A program made the position numbers and the translations under genes. A stretch of 64,000 nucleotides of DNA from assembly GCA_963761305.1 (NCBI GenBank), contig CAVXGK010000001.1:960001-1024000 (forward strand). Reading direction: 5' to 3'. Origin of the DNA: an uncultured Gemmatimonadaceae bacterium (GTDB lineage Bacteria; Gemmatimonadota; Gemmatimonadetes; Gemmatimonadales; Gemmatimonadaceae). The notes under the pieces are model-generated. The model did not search any database. It saw only the letters and a list, made by a program, of their open reading frames with translations, and was not told where the DNA came from. Of this stretch, positions 1 through 9,871 are shown one piece after another. Positions within the stretch are counted from its first letter, which is position 1. The number at the start of each line of letters is the position of its first letter.

Positions 1-77
1 GCCCGCGCGTCGTCGCGCCGGCCTTCCCGGTCGGCGGTTTGCGCCTGCTGAATAAGGATGTCGACCGACGGCGTCAT
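1..77 (-). CDS. 5' end of a gene running off the window ([25 protein letters not shown]...), possibly a TPR-like N-terminus
   Basis: ATG at 77 on the minus strand, open to position 1; helical-looking peptide; divergent from the SBP gene. Confidence 0.5.
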   Translation of the reverse strand, partial: MTPSVDILIQQAQTADREGRRDDAR

Positions 78-317
78 CTCACGCTGCGATCTCGGTTCTT
101 CGAGCCGATACTAGGGGACGAGAGACGCTCTCTTGCGCCCCTCCACGCTTAGTATCGGCCGAGCCAACCGAGTCCAAAGCACTGCCCCGTCGGGCTTGTG
201 CGGCGAGCGACTCGGGACTCGGCCGACACTCGGCACGGTTACAGGCAGTTCGCGTGTTTCGTCTTGGCTGTGCCCGGCCAGGTCGCCGGGTTGCCCACTT
301 CCATTTGTCGGTGGTCG

Positions 318-1412
318 ATGGCCCTCAAGCAGCGCTTCGCCCTCGCCGTCACGGTTGTCCTGGCCGCGTGCTCGCACGACGCGGCGCGAATCGTCACGCT
401 CGGCGCCGCGGGACCGTTCAGTCAGGCCTACGGCCTCGCCAACAAGCAAGGCATTCAACTCGCCGTCGAAGAGATCAACGCGAGTCCGGCGTGGGGAAGC
501 CATCGCCGCCTCTCGATCCAATTCGCCGACGATTCGGGCAGCGGTGCGCGCGCCAGCGCGGTCGCGCAGGAATTCGTCGACAGCCCGCGCATCGTCGCCG
601 TCGTCGGACACGTCAATTCGGGCGCGATGGTGTCGGCGGCTCACGTGTACGACAAGCACCTCGCCGCCGTCGCGACCACCGCGACGTCGCCCGCGCTCAC
701 GGGCATCTCGCCATGGGCGTTTCGCGTCATCCCCAGCGATTCCGCCAACGGGCAGGCGATCGCCCGCTTCGTCAACGCGCGCGGCCGCAAGCGCGCCGCG
801 GTGCTCTACGAGAACAATCCCTACGGGCGCGGACTCGCCGAGAACTTCAAGCGCGGATTCTCCGGACAGATCATCAGCATCGATCCGATCGGCGAGGATT
901 CGTCGCAGCGCTTCGAGCCCTACGTCACGTGGTACAAGAAAGAGCGGCCGGACATCGTCTTCGTCGCCGGCACCGACGCGTCCGGACTGGCGTTCCTCAA
1001 GGAAGTGCGGCGCCAGAATCTCGACGCCGACCTGGTCGGCGGCGACGGGTGGCAGACCGTCGCCCCGAGCGCGCTCGCCGAGGGCGTGTTCGTCGGCGCG
1101 CCGTTCAGCGCGCTCGACCCGCGTCCGGAAGTGCGAACGTTCGTCGCCGCATACACGAAAAAATTCAACGCCACGCCCGACGGCAACGCCGCACTCGCCT
1201 ACGACGCGACCAAACTCCTCGCGCACGCGGTCGAGGTGGTGGGGGCGGATCGCGTGAAGATTCGCGAGTATCTCGCGCACCTCACGGACGCCTCGGCGTT
1301 CCATGGCGTGACCGGACCGCTCCGCTTTCGCGAAGACGGCGACCCGGTGGGCAAGAGCATCGTGATGACGCGCATTCATCAGGGCACGATGCAGCTGGAG
1401 AGCGGCAAGTGA
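318..1412 (+). CDS. LivJ/LivK-type (periplasmic binding protein type 1) substrate-binding lipoprotein
   Basis: Lipobox VLAAC; family motifs [45 protein letters not shown]; start moved to ATG 318. Confidence 0.9.
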   Translation: MALKQRFALAVTVVLAACSHDAARIVTLGAAGPFSQAYGLANKQGIQLAVEEINASPAWGSHRRLSIQFADDSGSGARASAVAQEFVDSPRIVAVVGHVNSGAMVSAAHVYDKHLAAVATTATSPALTGISPWAFRVIPSDSANGQAIARFVNARGRKRAAVLYENNPYGRGLAENFKRGFSGQIISIDPIGEDSSQRFEPYVTWYKKERPDIVFVAGTDASGLAFLKEVRRQNLDADLVGGDGWQTVAPSALAEGVFVGAPFSALDPRPEVRTFVAAYTKKFNATPDGNAALAYDATKLLAHAVEVVGADRVKIREYLAHLTDASAFHGVTGPLRFREDGDPVGKSIVMTRIHQGTMQLESGK

Positions 1413-3118
1413 GGCTCATCGACCGCTCCCAGTTCAACTCGATTCGCGGACGCCTTTGGGTCGGGTTCGGCATCCTCGTCGGCATCCTGTTGCTGGCGGG
1501 ATTCGTGGCACGGCGGTCACTCACCGAGATGTCGACGCAGATCGCCGCGTCGTTGTCCGAAGTGGAAGCCGACGCCACGCTCACCAGCCAGGTCTCGGCC
1601 GACGTCGCGAAGACCATCGAGGCGGCGTCTCGCTACCTCGACACGCGCGACTCGTCGGCGGAGTCGGCGTTCCGGGCGTTCGGCTGGGCGGCGCACGAGG
1701 TTCAGCGTCAGATGAACAGCCGGCCGAATCAATCGACGGCGGAGGTCGCCGCGCTGGCAACGATCGACGGCAAGCTGTCCGAGATGGAGATCCGGTACGC
1801 GCTCGCGCACCGGCTGATAGATCTCAACCGCGCCGACGACGCGCGCGCCGCGGCCGGCGACGCACGCCGCTCGATCGACGAACTGCTCGCCGACATCGCC
1901 CTGCTCGGCCACATCAAGGCCGACAAGGTGGCGGCGGCGCGGTCGGACATCACGGCGGAAACGAGCCGGCGCTCCGAGCTCCTGCTCTCGATCATCGGCC
2001 TCGCGCTCGTGTTCGGCATCATCGTCGTAATGATCACCGTTCGCCACATCAGCGAGCCGCTCGACCTGCTCGTCGGTCACGCGCGCCGCCTGCGGGACGG
2101 TGATCTGGCGAGCCGCACGACCGAATCGATGCCGGGTGAGTTCAGCATCCTCGCCGCGGCGATGAATCAGACCGGCGAGTCGTTGTCGCAGGTCGTCGCC
2201 GTCGCCGCGCGCACGGCCGACGAGGTCTCGAGCTCGGCGCACGAGTTGGCGTCGGTGTCGGAGCAGATCTCGCTCTCGGCGGGCCAAATGGCGAGCGCGA
2301 TGACGGAAGTCTCACACGGCGCCGAGGCGCAGGTGCAGCAGCTTCGCTCGGTCGACGAGACGCTCCAAGTGATTCGCGAAGCGGCGACGGGCGTGAAAAA
2401 ACGCTCCGACGAGGTCACGCACCTCGCCCACAGCATCGAGGGTGCGGCGCACGCCAAGCGGATCGAGATCGAGCGGGCACTCGGCATTCTCGTGGACGTG
2501 AAGTCGAGCGTCGAGCGCGCGGCCGGCGAGATCGGGCACCTCAACGCGACCGTGAGCGACATCAACCGGTTCGTGCAGACGGTGAGTCAGATCGCCGATC
2601 AGACGAACCTGCTGGCGCTGAATGCCGCGATCGAGGCGGCGCGCGCCGGCGAGGCCGGTCGCGGATTCGCCGTCGTCGCCGACGAGGTTCGCAAGCTCGC
2701 CGAGCAGTCGCAGCGCGCTGCCGACGACATCGTGCAGATGACGTCGGTGGTCACGGCGCGCGTGACGAGCAGCGCGGCGGCGATGGAGTCGAGCGCCAGC
2801 CGCGTGATCGAGATCGAACGCGTGTCGCGCGACATCGACGCGGCCCTGCACACGATCAGCGACGCCGCGGAACGCACGCGCGTCGCCGCCGTCGGCGTCA
2901 CCGGCGCCGCCGAGGCCAACGCCTCGGCGGTCAACCACGCCGCGGTGAGCCTCGAGTCGATCGCCAAGACGGCCGAAGGCCACGCCGCCGCCGCGCAGCA
3001 AGTGAACGCGTCGACGCAGGAACAGAGCGCGGCCTGCGAGCAGATGACGTCGGCGTCGAACGTGCTGCTCGCCGGTTCGACGCAGTTGCGAGAGCTGGTG
3101 GGAGTGCTGAAGACTTAA
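1409..3118 (+). CDS. methyl-accepting chemotaxis protein (TM-periplasmic domain-TM-HAMP-signalling domain)
   Basis: [38 protein letters not shown] hairpin-tip motif; two TM helices; GTG start overlaps the upstream TGA (GTGA). Confidence 0.95.
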   Translation: MRLIDRSQFNSIRGRLWVGFGILVGILLLAGFVARRSLTEMSTQIAASLSEVEADATLTSQVSADVAKTIEAASRYLDTRDSSAESAFRAFGWAAHEVQRQMNSRPNQSTAEVAALATIDGKLSEMEIRYALAHRLIDLNRADDARAAAGDARRSIDELLADIALLGHIKADKVAAARSDITAETSRRSELLLSIIGLALVFGIIVVMITVRHISEPLDLLVGHARRLRDGDLASRTTESMPGEFSILAAAMNQTGESLSQVVAVAARTADEVSSSAHELASVSEQISLSAGQMASAMTEVSHGAEAQVQQLRSVDETLQVIREAATGVKKRSDEVTHLAHSIEGAAHAKRIEIERALGILVDVKSSVERAAGEIGHLNATVSDINRFVQTVSQIADQTNLLALNAAIEAARAGEAGRGFAVVADEVRKLAEQSQRAADDIVQMTSVVTARVTSSAAAMESSASRVIEIERVSRDIDAALHTISDAAERTRVAAVGVTGAAEANASAVNHAAVSLESIAKTAEGHAAAAQQVNASTQEQSAACEQMTSASNVLLAGSTQLRELVGVLKT

Positions 3119-3246
3119 GCGGACGGGTGGACCGGTGGACCGGAACGGCTGACGGCGAAAAAGAAGACGTCTGACGTCAGATATCTGACATCAGACGTCC
3201 GACTTCTCGCGTTCCACCTGTCCACGCGTCCACCCGTCCACCCGCT
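3119..3246. repeat. REP-like palindromic element built from short tandem units, between convergent genes
   Basis: GGACGGGT/GGACCGGT units on the left and inverted GTCCACCC units on the right; inner GACGTCTGACGTCAGAT-ATCTGACATCAGACGTC near-palindrome. Confidence 0.75.
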
Positions 3247-5034
3247 CTACTGGCGACACCTTGCCTTCGGATCGCCGACCGGGTGGTCCACCTTCGGCCG
3301 GTGGTCGAGATCGGCGACGTAGGTGCCCAGGTCGTACATGAAGTTGCCGATCTTCGCCATGTGCGGATAGTCGATGTACTCCGGCTCATCCGTCACCTGG
3401 TGGTAGTCGCCGTGGAGACCGGTCGTCACGAACACGATCGGAATTCCATAACGAGCATAGTTGAAGTGGTCGCTCCGACAGTAGATGTTCTCGGGGTGGC
3501 CGTTGGCGTCGTACTGGTAGTCGAACGTGAACGGTTTGGCGAGCTTCTTGTTCTGCGCCTCGACGATGTCCCCCAGCTCGGTCGACACGCGCCGCCCGCC
3601 GACGAGCTGCACGTAGGTCGGCCCGCCCTCGAACAAGTCGCTCGCCGCGCCGCGCCCGACCATGTCCATGTTCAGCTGCGCCACGATCGAATCGCGCGGC
3701 ACCGGCGGATGGTCGGTGATGTACTGCGACCCCCACAGACCCTTCTCCTCGCCGACGTGCCACACGAACAACATCGACCGCTTCGTGTTCGGCTTCGACT
3801 TGGCGAACTTCTCGGCGATCTCGAGCAGCGTCACCGTACCCGAGCCGTCGTCGTCGGCGCCGTTGCTGATCGAGTCGAGCCGGATCCCGCCGTTCACCTT
3901 CCGCACGCTGTCCAGGTTGATGTGGATCGCGGCGATCTGCGCGTTGAGTGAATCGAGGTGCGACTGCTGCGCCGGCGTGGCCGCCGAGCATTCCGCCTGC
4001 AGGCGTCCGCCGCAGATGTGATTCTCGAGGTTGTAGAGCGCGATGTGCTCGCGGATCGGATACGCCGCCTGGGCGTAGAGGTGCAGCGAGTCGTGGTCGA
4101 TCGGCGGACCCTGGCGAATGCCGATGTGATCGTTGTGCGCGCCCATCGCGACCCACTCGTTCTTGAGCTTGGCGTCGTGGCCCGGATACCCGGCGACGAC
4201 GTTGCGCGCCGGAGCCGCCTCGTCGACGAACTTCACGTGGAAGGTCGCCGTCTTGCCCGTCGCTCCCTTGGCCATGCCGTCGAGCGACGCACCGAGCAGC
4301 TGCTCCGCGGCCGCGCGCGTCACCGTGATCTGCGGCGCCAGCGCCGGACTGTCGGCCTCAGGCTTGAGCTGCACGTCGCCTTCGCGCGGGTGCAGCGCGT
4401 TGCGCACCTGAGCGTCGTTGAGCTGGTCGGCGATCGTGATCTGCCCGAGGGCGGCGTCCGCGATCCCGCCGCCCGCGTTTCCGCCGCGACCGCCACGACC
4501 TCCGCCACCGGCAAATCCGCCACGCCCGCGGCCGAACCCCGCCGGTGCGCGATACGCGATCACCTTGCCCTTCACCGCGCCGGCCGTGAGGCCGGCCGTC
4601 GTGTCGCCCAGCGCTCCACCATAGATGATGGGCGCATCGGGGAGCGACGCGACGTTTCCGCGTCCGGTCGCGATGAAATCCGTGCCCGCCTTGAGCGTCA
4701 CACCAGGCACCGTGATCGTCGAGCTCGGGTCGAGTGAGCGTCGGATCACCGGCACGTTCTGGAAGTAGGTGCCGTTGTCGCCCATCGGCACGAGGCCGAG
4801 CGCCTTGACCTGCGCGGCGATGTAGTCGGTGGCCCGCACGTGGCCGCGCGTACCCGTCTCGCGGCCTTCCATGGAGTCGGCCGCGTAGATGTAGAGCCGC
4901 GTCTCGAGGTCCGCCGCAGTGATCGCCGCCGTCGTGGGCTGCGGCTTGTGCGTGGTTGGCTGCGTCTTGGGGTTCTGCGCCGTCAACACCATTGGTGCGA
5001 CGATCGCGCCCGCCAAGAATCGGAATGATTTCAC
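3247..5034 (-). CDS. M28 family zinc peptidase, secreted, with PA-like insert
   Basis: GRETGTRG, GAHNDH, NGADDDGSG, GEEKGLWGS, NMDMVGR, RSDH, DYHQVTDE; signal peptide from GTG at 5034. Confidence 0.92.
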   Translation of the reverse strand: MKSFRFLAGAIVAPMVLTAQNPKTQPTTHKPQPTTAAITAADLETRLYIYAADSMEGRETGTRGHVRATDYIAAQVKALGLVPMGDNGTYFQNVPVIRRSLDPSSTITVPGVTLKAGTDFIATGRGNVASLPDAPIIYGGALGDTTAGLTAGAVKGKVIAYRAPAGFGRGRGGFAGGGGRGGRGGNAGGGIADAALGQITIADQLNDAQVRNALHPREGDVQLKPEADSPALAPQITVTRAAAEQLLGASLDGMAKGATGKTATFHVKFVDEAAPARNVVAGYPGHDAKLKNEWVAMGAHNDHIGIRQGPPIDHDSLHLYAQAAYPIREHIALYNLENHICGGRLQAECSAATPAQQSHLDSLNAQIAAIHINLDSVRKVNGGIRLDSISNGADDDGSGTVTLLEIAEKFAKSKPNTKRSMLFVWHVGEEKGLWGSQYITDHPPVPRDSIVAQLNMDMVGRGAASDLFEGGPTYVQLVGGRRVSTELGDIVEAQNKKLAKPFTFDYQYDANGHPENIYCRSDHFNYARYGIPIVFVTTGLHGDYHQVTDEPEYIDYPHMAKIGNFMYDLGTYVADLDHRPKVDHPVGDPKARCRQ

Positions 5035-5195
5035 GTGTGTCTCGCGTTGGGGAGGTAGCCTTTCGCTCTTTCTACGTCCCAAAATCTGTCCCCGCTGTCA
5101 GGGTCGCCGCCATTGCCGTCGCGCCGCCGAGCGTCGACTTTCTGAGCGGGATCCGGCGCAGCGTGCGCCCGGGATTCCACTCCCTGCCAACGACC

Positions 5196-6317
5196 ATGCG
5201 CATCGAAACCCTCGCCGTTCACGCCGGCCATGACGTCGATCCTTCGACCGCCGCCGTGACGCCGCCGATTCACCTCTCCACGACCTTCGCACGCGAGGCC
5301 GACGGCAGCTATCGCGCCGGCTTCCTCTACTCGCGCTACACGAACCCCAATCGCGCGGCGCTCGAGCGGTGCCTGACCGAGTTGGAAGGCGGTGCCGCCG
5401 CGGCGGCGTTCGCGTCGGGATCGGCGGCCACGATGACGCTGCTGCAAGCGGTCGAGCCGGGCTCGCACGTCATCATCCCCGACGACGCCTACTTCGGCAC
5501 GATCAAGCTCGCGCGCGACGTCCTGGGCCCCTGGGGCCTCGAGCTGTCGATCGTCGACATGACCGACCTCCAGCGCGTGCGCGACGCGATGCGCCCGAAC
5601 ACGCGACTGCTCTGGGTCGAGACGCCGTCGAACCCGTTGCTCCGCGTCGTCGACATCGCCGCCGTGAGCGCGATCGCGCACGCACGCGGCGCGTTGTGCG
5701 CGGTCGACAACACGTGGGGCACGCCGGTGCTTCAGCGGCCGCTCGACCTCGGGGCCGACGTCGCCATGCACGCTACCACGAAATACCTCGGCGGCCACAG
5801 CGACGTGCTCGGCGGCATTCTCGTGTTTCGTGAGAGCGGGGATCTCCACCAGAAGATCTCGTCCATTCAGATGACCGGCGGCGCGGTGCCGTCACCGTTC
5901 GAGTGCTGGCTCACGCTGCGCGGCATCCGCACGCTGCCGATCCGCGTGCACGCGCAGAGCGCGAGCGCGGCGTCCCTGGCCGCGTTCCTCGAGCAGCATC
6001 CGTGCGTCGAAGCCGTGCACTACCCCGGGCTCGCGTCGCATCCGGCGCACGGCATCGCCGCGAAGCAGATGTCGGAGTTCGGCGGCATGCTGTCGGTCCA
6101 GGCCGGGAAGGATCGCGCGCAGTCGCTCGCCATCGCGGGACGTCTTCGCCTGTTCACGCAGGCGACGAGCCTCGGCGGCACGGAGAGCCTCGTCGAGCAT
6201 CGAGCGTCGGTCGAAGGACCGGGGACGCGAGCGCCCGAGAATCTGCTGCGCGTGTCGGTCGGGCTCGAGCACGTGGACGATCTGAAAGCCGACTTCGACC
6301 AGGCCCTCCGCGGCTGA
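5196..6317 (+). CDS. cystathionine gamma-synthase/lyase family PLP enzyme (MetB/MetC-like)
   Basis: [37 protein letters not shown] (PLP lysine), [16 protein letters not shown]. Confidence 0.93.
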   Translation: MRIETLAVHAGHDVDPSTAAVTPPIHLSTTFAREADGSYRAGFLYSRYTNPNRAALERCLTELEGGAAAAAFASGSAATMTLLQAVEPGSHVIIPDDAYFGTIKLARDVLGPWGLELSIVDMTDLQRVRDAMRPNTRLLWVETPSNPLLRVVDIAAVSAIAHARGALCAVDNTWGTPVLQRPLDLGADVAMHATTKYLGGHSDVLGGILVFRESGDLHQKISSIQMTGGAVPSPFECWLTLRGIRTLPIRVHAQSASAASLAAFLEQHPCVEAVHYPGLASHPAHGIAAKQMSEFGGMLSVQAGKDRAQSLAIAGRLRLFTQATSLGGTESLVEHRASVEGPGTRAPENLLRVSVGLEHVDDLKADFDQALRG

Positions 6318-6997
6318 TGCGGAAGGCGGTGTTGCTGCTGAGCGGGGGATTGGACTCGACGACGCTGCTCGCTGTCGCGCGTCGCGACGGCTACGACGTC
6401 CACGCGATGACTTTCCGCTACGGGCAGCGACACGCGAGCGAGATCGAAGCGGCGCGTCGGGTCGCGGCGCACTTCCACGTGCGCGACCACGTGATCGCCG
6501 ACATCGATCTGCGCACGTTCGGCGGATCGGCCCTCACCAGCGATGCGATCGACGTGCCCCGTGACCGCGACGTGCGCGAGGCGGGCGTGCCGGTGACGTA
6601 CGTGCCCGCGCGGAACACGATCTTTCTCTCTTTTGCATTGGCGTGGGCCGAAGTGCTCGGCGCCGCGGACATATTTATCGGTGTGAACGCCCTCGATTAT
6701 TCGGGCTACCCCGATTGCCGGCCCGAGTACATCCAGGCGTTCGAGACAATGGCGAATTTGGCTACGCGCGCCGGCGTCGAGGACAGTCTCCGTCTTCGGA
6801 TCCGCGCCCCGCTGATCGACCTGACGAAAGCCGAAATCATTCGACTCGGTATCTCCCTCGGCGTCGACTATTCGGTGACACAGAGTTGCTATGACCCCGA
6901 TTCCACCGGCGCCGCCTGCGGTCACTGCGACGCTTGCCAGTTGCGTCTGAAAGGCTTTTCCGAAGCCGGCATCGAAGACCCGGCCCGGTATTCCTAA
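6317..6997 (+). CDS. queC: 7-cyano-7-deazaguanine synthase
   Basis: SGGLDS PP-loop, YGQRH, YVPARN, GYPDCR, SCY...CGHCDAC; ATG overlaps the upstream TGA. Confidence 0.96.
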   Translation: MRKAVLLLSGGLDSTTLLAVARRDGYDVHAMTFRYGQRHASEIEAARRVAAHFHVRDHVIADIDLRTFGGSALTSDAIDVPRDRDVREAGVPVTYVPARNTIFLSFALAWAEVLGAADIFIGVNALDYSGYPDCRPEYIQAFETMANLATRAGVEDSLRLRIRAPLIDLTKAEIIRLGISLGVDYSVTQSCYDPDSTGAACGHCDACQLRLKGFSEAGIEDPARYS

Positions 6998-7009
6998 CTC
7001 GCCATTTTT

Positions 7010-7055
7010 CCGGTCCACCCGTCCACCCGTCCACCCGTCCACCCGTCCACCCGTC
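7010..7055. repeat. tandem octamer (GTCCACCC) x5 between queC and queE
   Basis: Directly visible; same unit as at 3119-3246. Confidence 0.85.
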
Positions 7056-7057
7056 TG

Positions 7058-7693
7058 TTGTACTCCGTCAAAGAAATCTTCTACACGCTTCAGGGCGAAG
7101 GCGCCAACACCGGGCGCGCGGCCGTGTTTTGCCGTTTCGCCGGCTGCAACCTGTGGACGGGGCGCGAGACCGATCGCGCGTCGGCGATTTGCGATTTCTG
7201 TGATACCGATTTCGTCGGCATCGGGCCCGACGGTGGCAAGTTCGAGACGGCCGAGGCGCTCGCCGATGCGGTCGCCTCGCGATGGCCGAGCGGGGGGGGC
7301 GGCGAGGGAAAGCCGTTCGTCGTCTGCACGGGCGGCGAGCCGCTGCTTCAGCTCGACGCTGCGGCGATCGACGCGCTTCACGCCCGCGGCTTCCTCGTCG
7401 CCGTCGAAACAAACGGGACCGTCGAACCGCCGGCCGGTCTGGATTGGATTTGCGTGAGCCCCAAAGCGCGCGCGCCACTGGTGCTGCGCCGCGGGCACGA
7501 GCTCAAGCTGGTGTTTCCGCAGCCGCACCTCGACCCCGGCGTCTTCGAGGCGCTCGCGTTCGGCGAATTCTTCCTCCAGCCGATGGATGGGCCGGCCGTT
7601 TTAGAGAATACTCGAGCCGCGCTCGACTACTGCCTGGCGCACCCGCGCTGGAGGCTCAGCCTGCAGACTCACAAAGCGTTGCACATTCGGTGA
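7058..7693 (+). CDS. queE: 7-carboxy-7-deazaguanine synthase, Cx14CxxC-type radical SAM
   Basis: EIFYTLQGEG, C-NLWTGRETDRASAI-CDFC (Cx14CxxC), TGGEPLLQ, ETNG, SPK, LSLQTHK; TTG start. Confidence 0.96.
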   Translation: MYSVKEIFYTLQGEGANTGRAAVFCRFAGCNLWTGRETDRASAICDFCDTDFVGIGPDGGKFETAEALADAVASRWPSGGGGEGKPFVVCTGGEPLLQLDAAAIDALHARGFLVAVETNGTVEPPAGLDWICVSPKARAPLVLRRGHELKLVFPQPHLDPGVFEALAFGEFFLQPMDGPAVLENTRAALDYCLAHPRWRLSLQTHKALHIR

Positions 7694-7785
7694 TGCGATT
7701 TGTGGCACCACACAGCCCAAGTGCGTTGCAACTCATGCGTGGAAATGCTGCCTGAACCGCTCTGGACGACCCTTAACTCATGTGG

Positions 7786-7814
7786 TTGACCGAAGGCCGG
7801 TCAGGGGGTAAACT
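7786..7814 (+). promoter_or_regulatory. sigma70-type promoter for the NlpC/P60 gene
   Basis: TTGACC-17 nt-TAAACT, ending 26 nt upstream of ATG 7841. Confidence 0.65.
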
Positions 7815-7840
7815 GACCGAGACTTTTCCCCGTTGAGCGC

Positions 7841-8446
7841 ATGAACCCATCGTCGCCAAACCGATTCGCACACGTGAAGGTCGCGCTCGTCGCGATCTCC
7901 ATGGCGTTCGCGTCGGCGATGCCGGCGATGGCGCAGGATACAAAGACGATCGAGGTGAAGCCGTTCGAGGTCAAGCCGCTCGTCGCGATCAGCAACTCAG
8001 CGCAGACGATGCGCGATTCCATTGTCGCGATGGCCCGCGCGCAGATCGGCACGAAGTACAAATTCGGCGGCGTGTCGCCGGAAAAAGGCTTCGATTGCAG
8101 TGGCCTCGTGCAGTTCGTGATGTCGGCGCTCAACCTCGACGTGCCGCGTACGGCTCGCCAGCAAGCGAAGGCCGGTCTGGCCGTCAAGCGCGATACAACT
8201 CAGCTGCTGCCGGGCGATCTGCTCACGTTCGGCAAGGGCAAGAAGGGCGCGGTGAGCCACGTCGGCATCTATGTCGGCGACGGCCGCTTCGTCCAGGCGA
8301 GCAGCGCCGCGGGTCGGGTCATCGAGACGCCGCTCGATCGGGCGCCGTCACCGCGCATCAAGGTGTGGCGCGGCGTGCGTCGCATCCTCGTGGACGACAG
8401 TACCGCGGCGAACGCGCCCGCGGTCGCCGTCAAGAGCGGCAACTAG
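7841..8446 (+). CDS. NlpC/P60 (C40) cell-wall endopeptidase, secreted
   Basis: YKFGG, GFDCSGLV (catalytic Cys), PGDLLTF, SHVGIYVG; signal peptide. Confidence 0.93.
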   Translation: MNPSSPNRFAHVKVALVAISMAFASAMPAMAQDTKTIEVKPFEVKPLVAISNSAQTMRDSIVAMARAQIGTKYKFGGVSPEKGFDCSGLVQFVMSALNLDVPRTARQQAKAGLAVKRDTTQLLPGDLLTFGKGKKGAVSHVGIYVGDGRFVQASSAAGRVIETPLDRAPSPRIKVWRGVRRILVDDSTAANAPAVAVKSGN

Positions 8447-9612
8447 AACCCTCCTCCTCCGCCGTCACCCTTCCGAATCGGAATGATTCGGGAGCGCAGG
8501 TGGCCGGTCGAATCGACTCGAACGCCGGTGCGCGGAAAATCCAGCGCGCTGAGTGAGTCGACCAACGTCCACGCACGATGTGTCGAATCAGGGCGAAACA
8601 CGCCGGGCCACAGCTGCATTGTCGGACGCAGCTCGGCGTCCGACACGTGCCCGACTGAGTCGATCGTCGCGCACGCGATCGCCCCGCGGTTTGTCGGCTC
8701 GTGCATGCCGAACGGTCCATACGTGAGCAGATTGCCGAGCGAGTAGAACACGAGGCGGTCGCCGTGCCATTCGGCCGCGCGCAGCACGTGCGGGCCGTGA
8801 CCGACGACGAGCGTCGCGCCGCCGGCAAAGGCCGCGTCGGCGAAGCCAACGGGATTGCCGCGGTTCATTCCGAGAAATCGCTCCGTCGCGTTGTGCGTCC
8901 GCTGCGCCGCCGGACCCTCGGCGCCGAGGTGCATGGTGACGATCACGATCGCATAGCGATCGGCGGCGCGGCGCACACTGCGACGAACGGCCGCGAGGTC
9001 GCGAGCGTCGGGCGCGTCCGAGTCGGTGTGAAATCCGAGTATCGCGATCGTGTCGCCCGACGGGAGCGAGATCGGCGTGGCGATCGTATCGCTGCCGGTG
9101 ACGAGAATTTCCGCGGCGTTGAGTCGCGCGATCGTGGTGTCGTGTCCCGCTTCGCCGGCGTCGTGCGAGTGATTGTTCGCCACGTTTCCGACGAGCACCG
9201 CGTTGCTGTCCACGGCGCGCCGCAGCGCTTTCGCCGCACTCGGCGGCTGCCGAAACGCGTAGCAGTTCTTCGAGTGCTTGCTGCATTTCTCCGGCGCGGG
9301 CCCAGAGCCGATCGCGCCTTCGATGTTCAGCAGCACGACGTCGGCGCCGGCGACCAGCGGTGTGAGTTGCGACGCCAGGCTGTCGGGCAGCGGGCTCTGC
9401 CGATAGACGTATCGAAGCGTGTCGCCGGCGAGTCGCGCCCACTTCGGATCGAGGTTGTTGCCGAGGGTGACGTCACCGCCGGCGCAGAAGCGCACGGGCC
9501 GATGGACCGCCTGCCCGCTCACCCGTGACGCGTCGATGAGCAGGACGAAAAGGCTGGCGAGCACGACCGCGGCGGTGGCAGACCGCCGAACGAGCCCTGA
9601 GGGCCGGGTCAT
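8443..9612 (-). CDS. CapA/PGA_cap family metallophosphatase-fold protein
   Basis: GGDV, NIEG, ANNHSHDAG, MHLGAE, GHGPHV, YSLGN; N-terminal signal/TM; start taken as MTRPSG. Confidence 0.88.
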   Translation of the reverse strand: MTRPSGLVRRSATAAVVLASLFVLLIDASRVSGQAVHRPVRFCAGGDVTLGNNLDPKWARLAGDTLRYVYRQSPLPDSLASQLTPLVAGADVVLLNIEGAIGSGPAPEKCSKHSKNCYAFRQPPSAAKALRRAVDSNAVLVGNVANNHSHDAGEAGHDTTIARLNAAEILVTGSDTIATPISLPSGDTIAILGFHTDSDAPDARDLAAVRRSVRRAADRYAIVIVTMHLGAEGPAAQRTHNATERFLGMNRGNPVGFADAAFAGGATLVVGHGPHVLRAAEWHGDRLVFYSLGNLLTYGPFGMHEPTNRGAIACATIDSVGHVSDAELRPTMQLWPGVFRPDSTHRAWTLVDSLSALDFPRTGVRVDSTGHLRSRIIPIRKGDGGGGGF

Positions 9613-9693
9613 GAGACAGCAACCTATTCCGCGATGTCGCTGTCTCATAGGGTCTGAAACCCCGATCGGCTGGCGTCCGTCTGGATGTTCGCT

Positions 9694-9812
9694 TGTGGGA
9701 CGGCAAGTCCCACAGACGAGCAGGTGCCGGTCGAGAGAGAGATTCGCAGGGCGCCGCAACCTTTTGTTTGGTATCGGTTTAGAAGGTGCGTCAGGGCGGC
9801 ATGGACCTTCCA
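9694..9812 (+). promoter_or_regulatory. candidate sigma54 promoter with upstream palindrome and IHF-like site
   Basis: TGTGGGAC-N5-GTCCCACA (9694-9714); AT-rich CAACCTTTTGTTT; GG-CATGGACCTT-CC at 9798-9811 (the -12 element is CC, not GC). Confidence 0.4.
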
Positions 9813-9871
9813 TTGGCGACCGGAGTTGGCAGGCCATCTTCCACCCCGTTCCCACCGCTCGAGACGGCCCC

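Noticed and set aside
254..1408. Apparent 954-aa MCP, and similar long N-extensions on ORFs 8443..10257, 9419..11128 and 58219..62442
   Set aside because: Extensions overlap other bona fide genes and look like shadow sequence; the true starts are downstream
5035..5195. SAM riboswitch upstream of the metB-like gene, or preQ1 riboswitch near queC/queE
   Set aside because: No recognisable consensus by eye; queC has no leader because it overlaps the upstream stop
6317..7693. Deazaguanine DNA-modification (Dpd) or QatABCD-type defence island
   Set aside because: Canonical QueC and QueE only; no dpdA, TatD or ATPase partners nearby
7694..7840. c-di-AMP (ydaO) riboswitch before the NlpC/P60 gene
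   Set aside because: Consensus elements absent, and a sigma70 promoter leaves only a very short leader
8443..9612. Poly-gamma-glutamate capsule locus
   Set aside because: CapA-family gene alone, without capB/capC; stand-alone homologs are common
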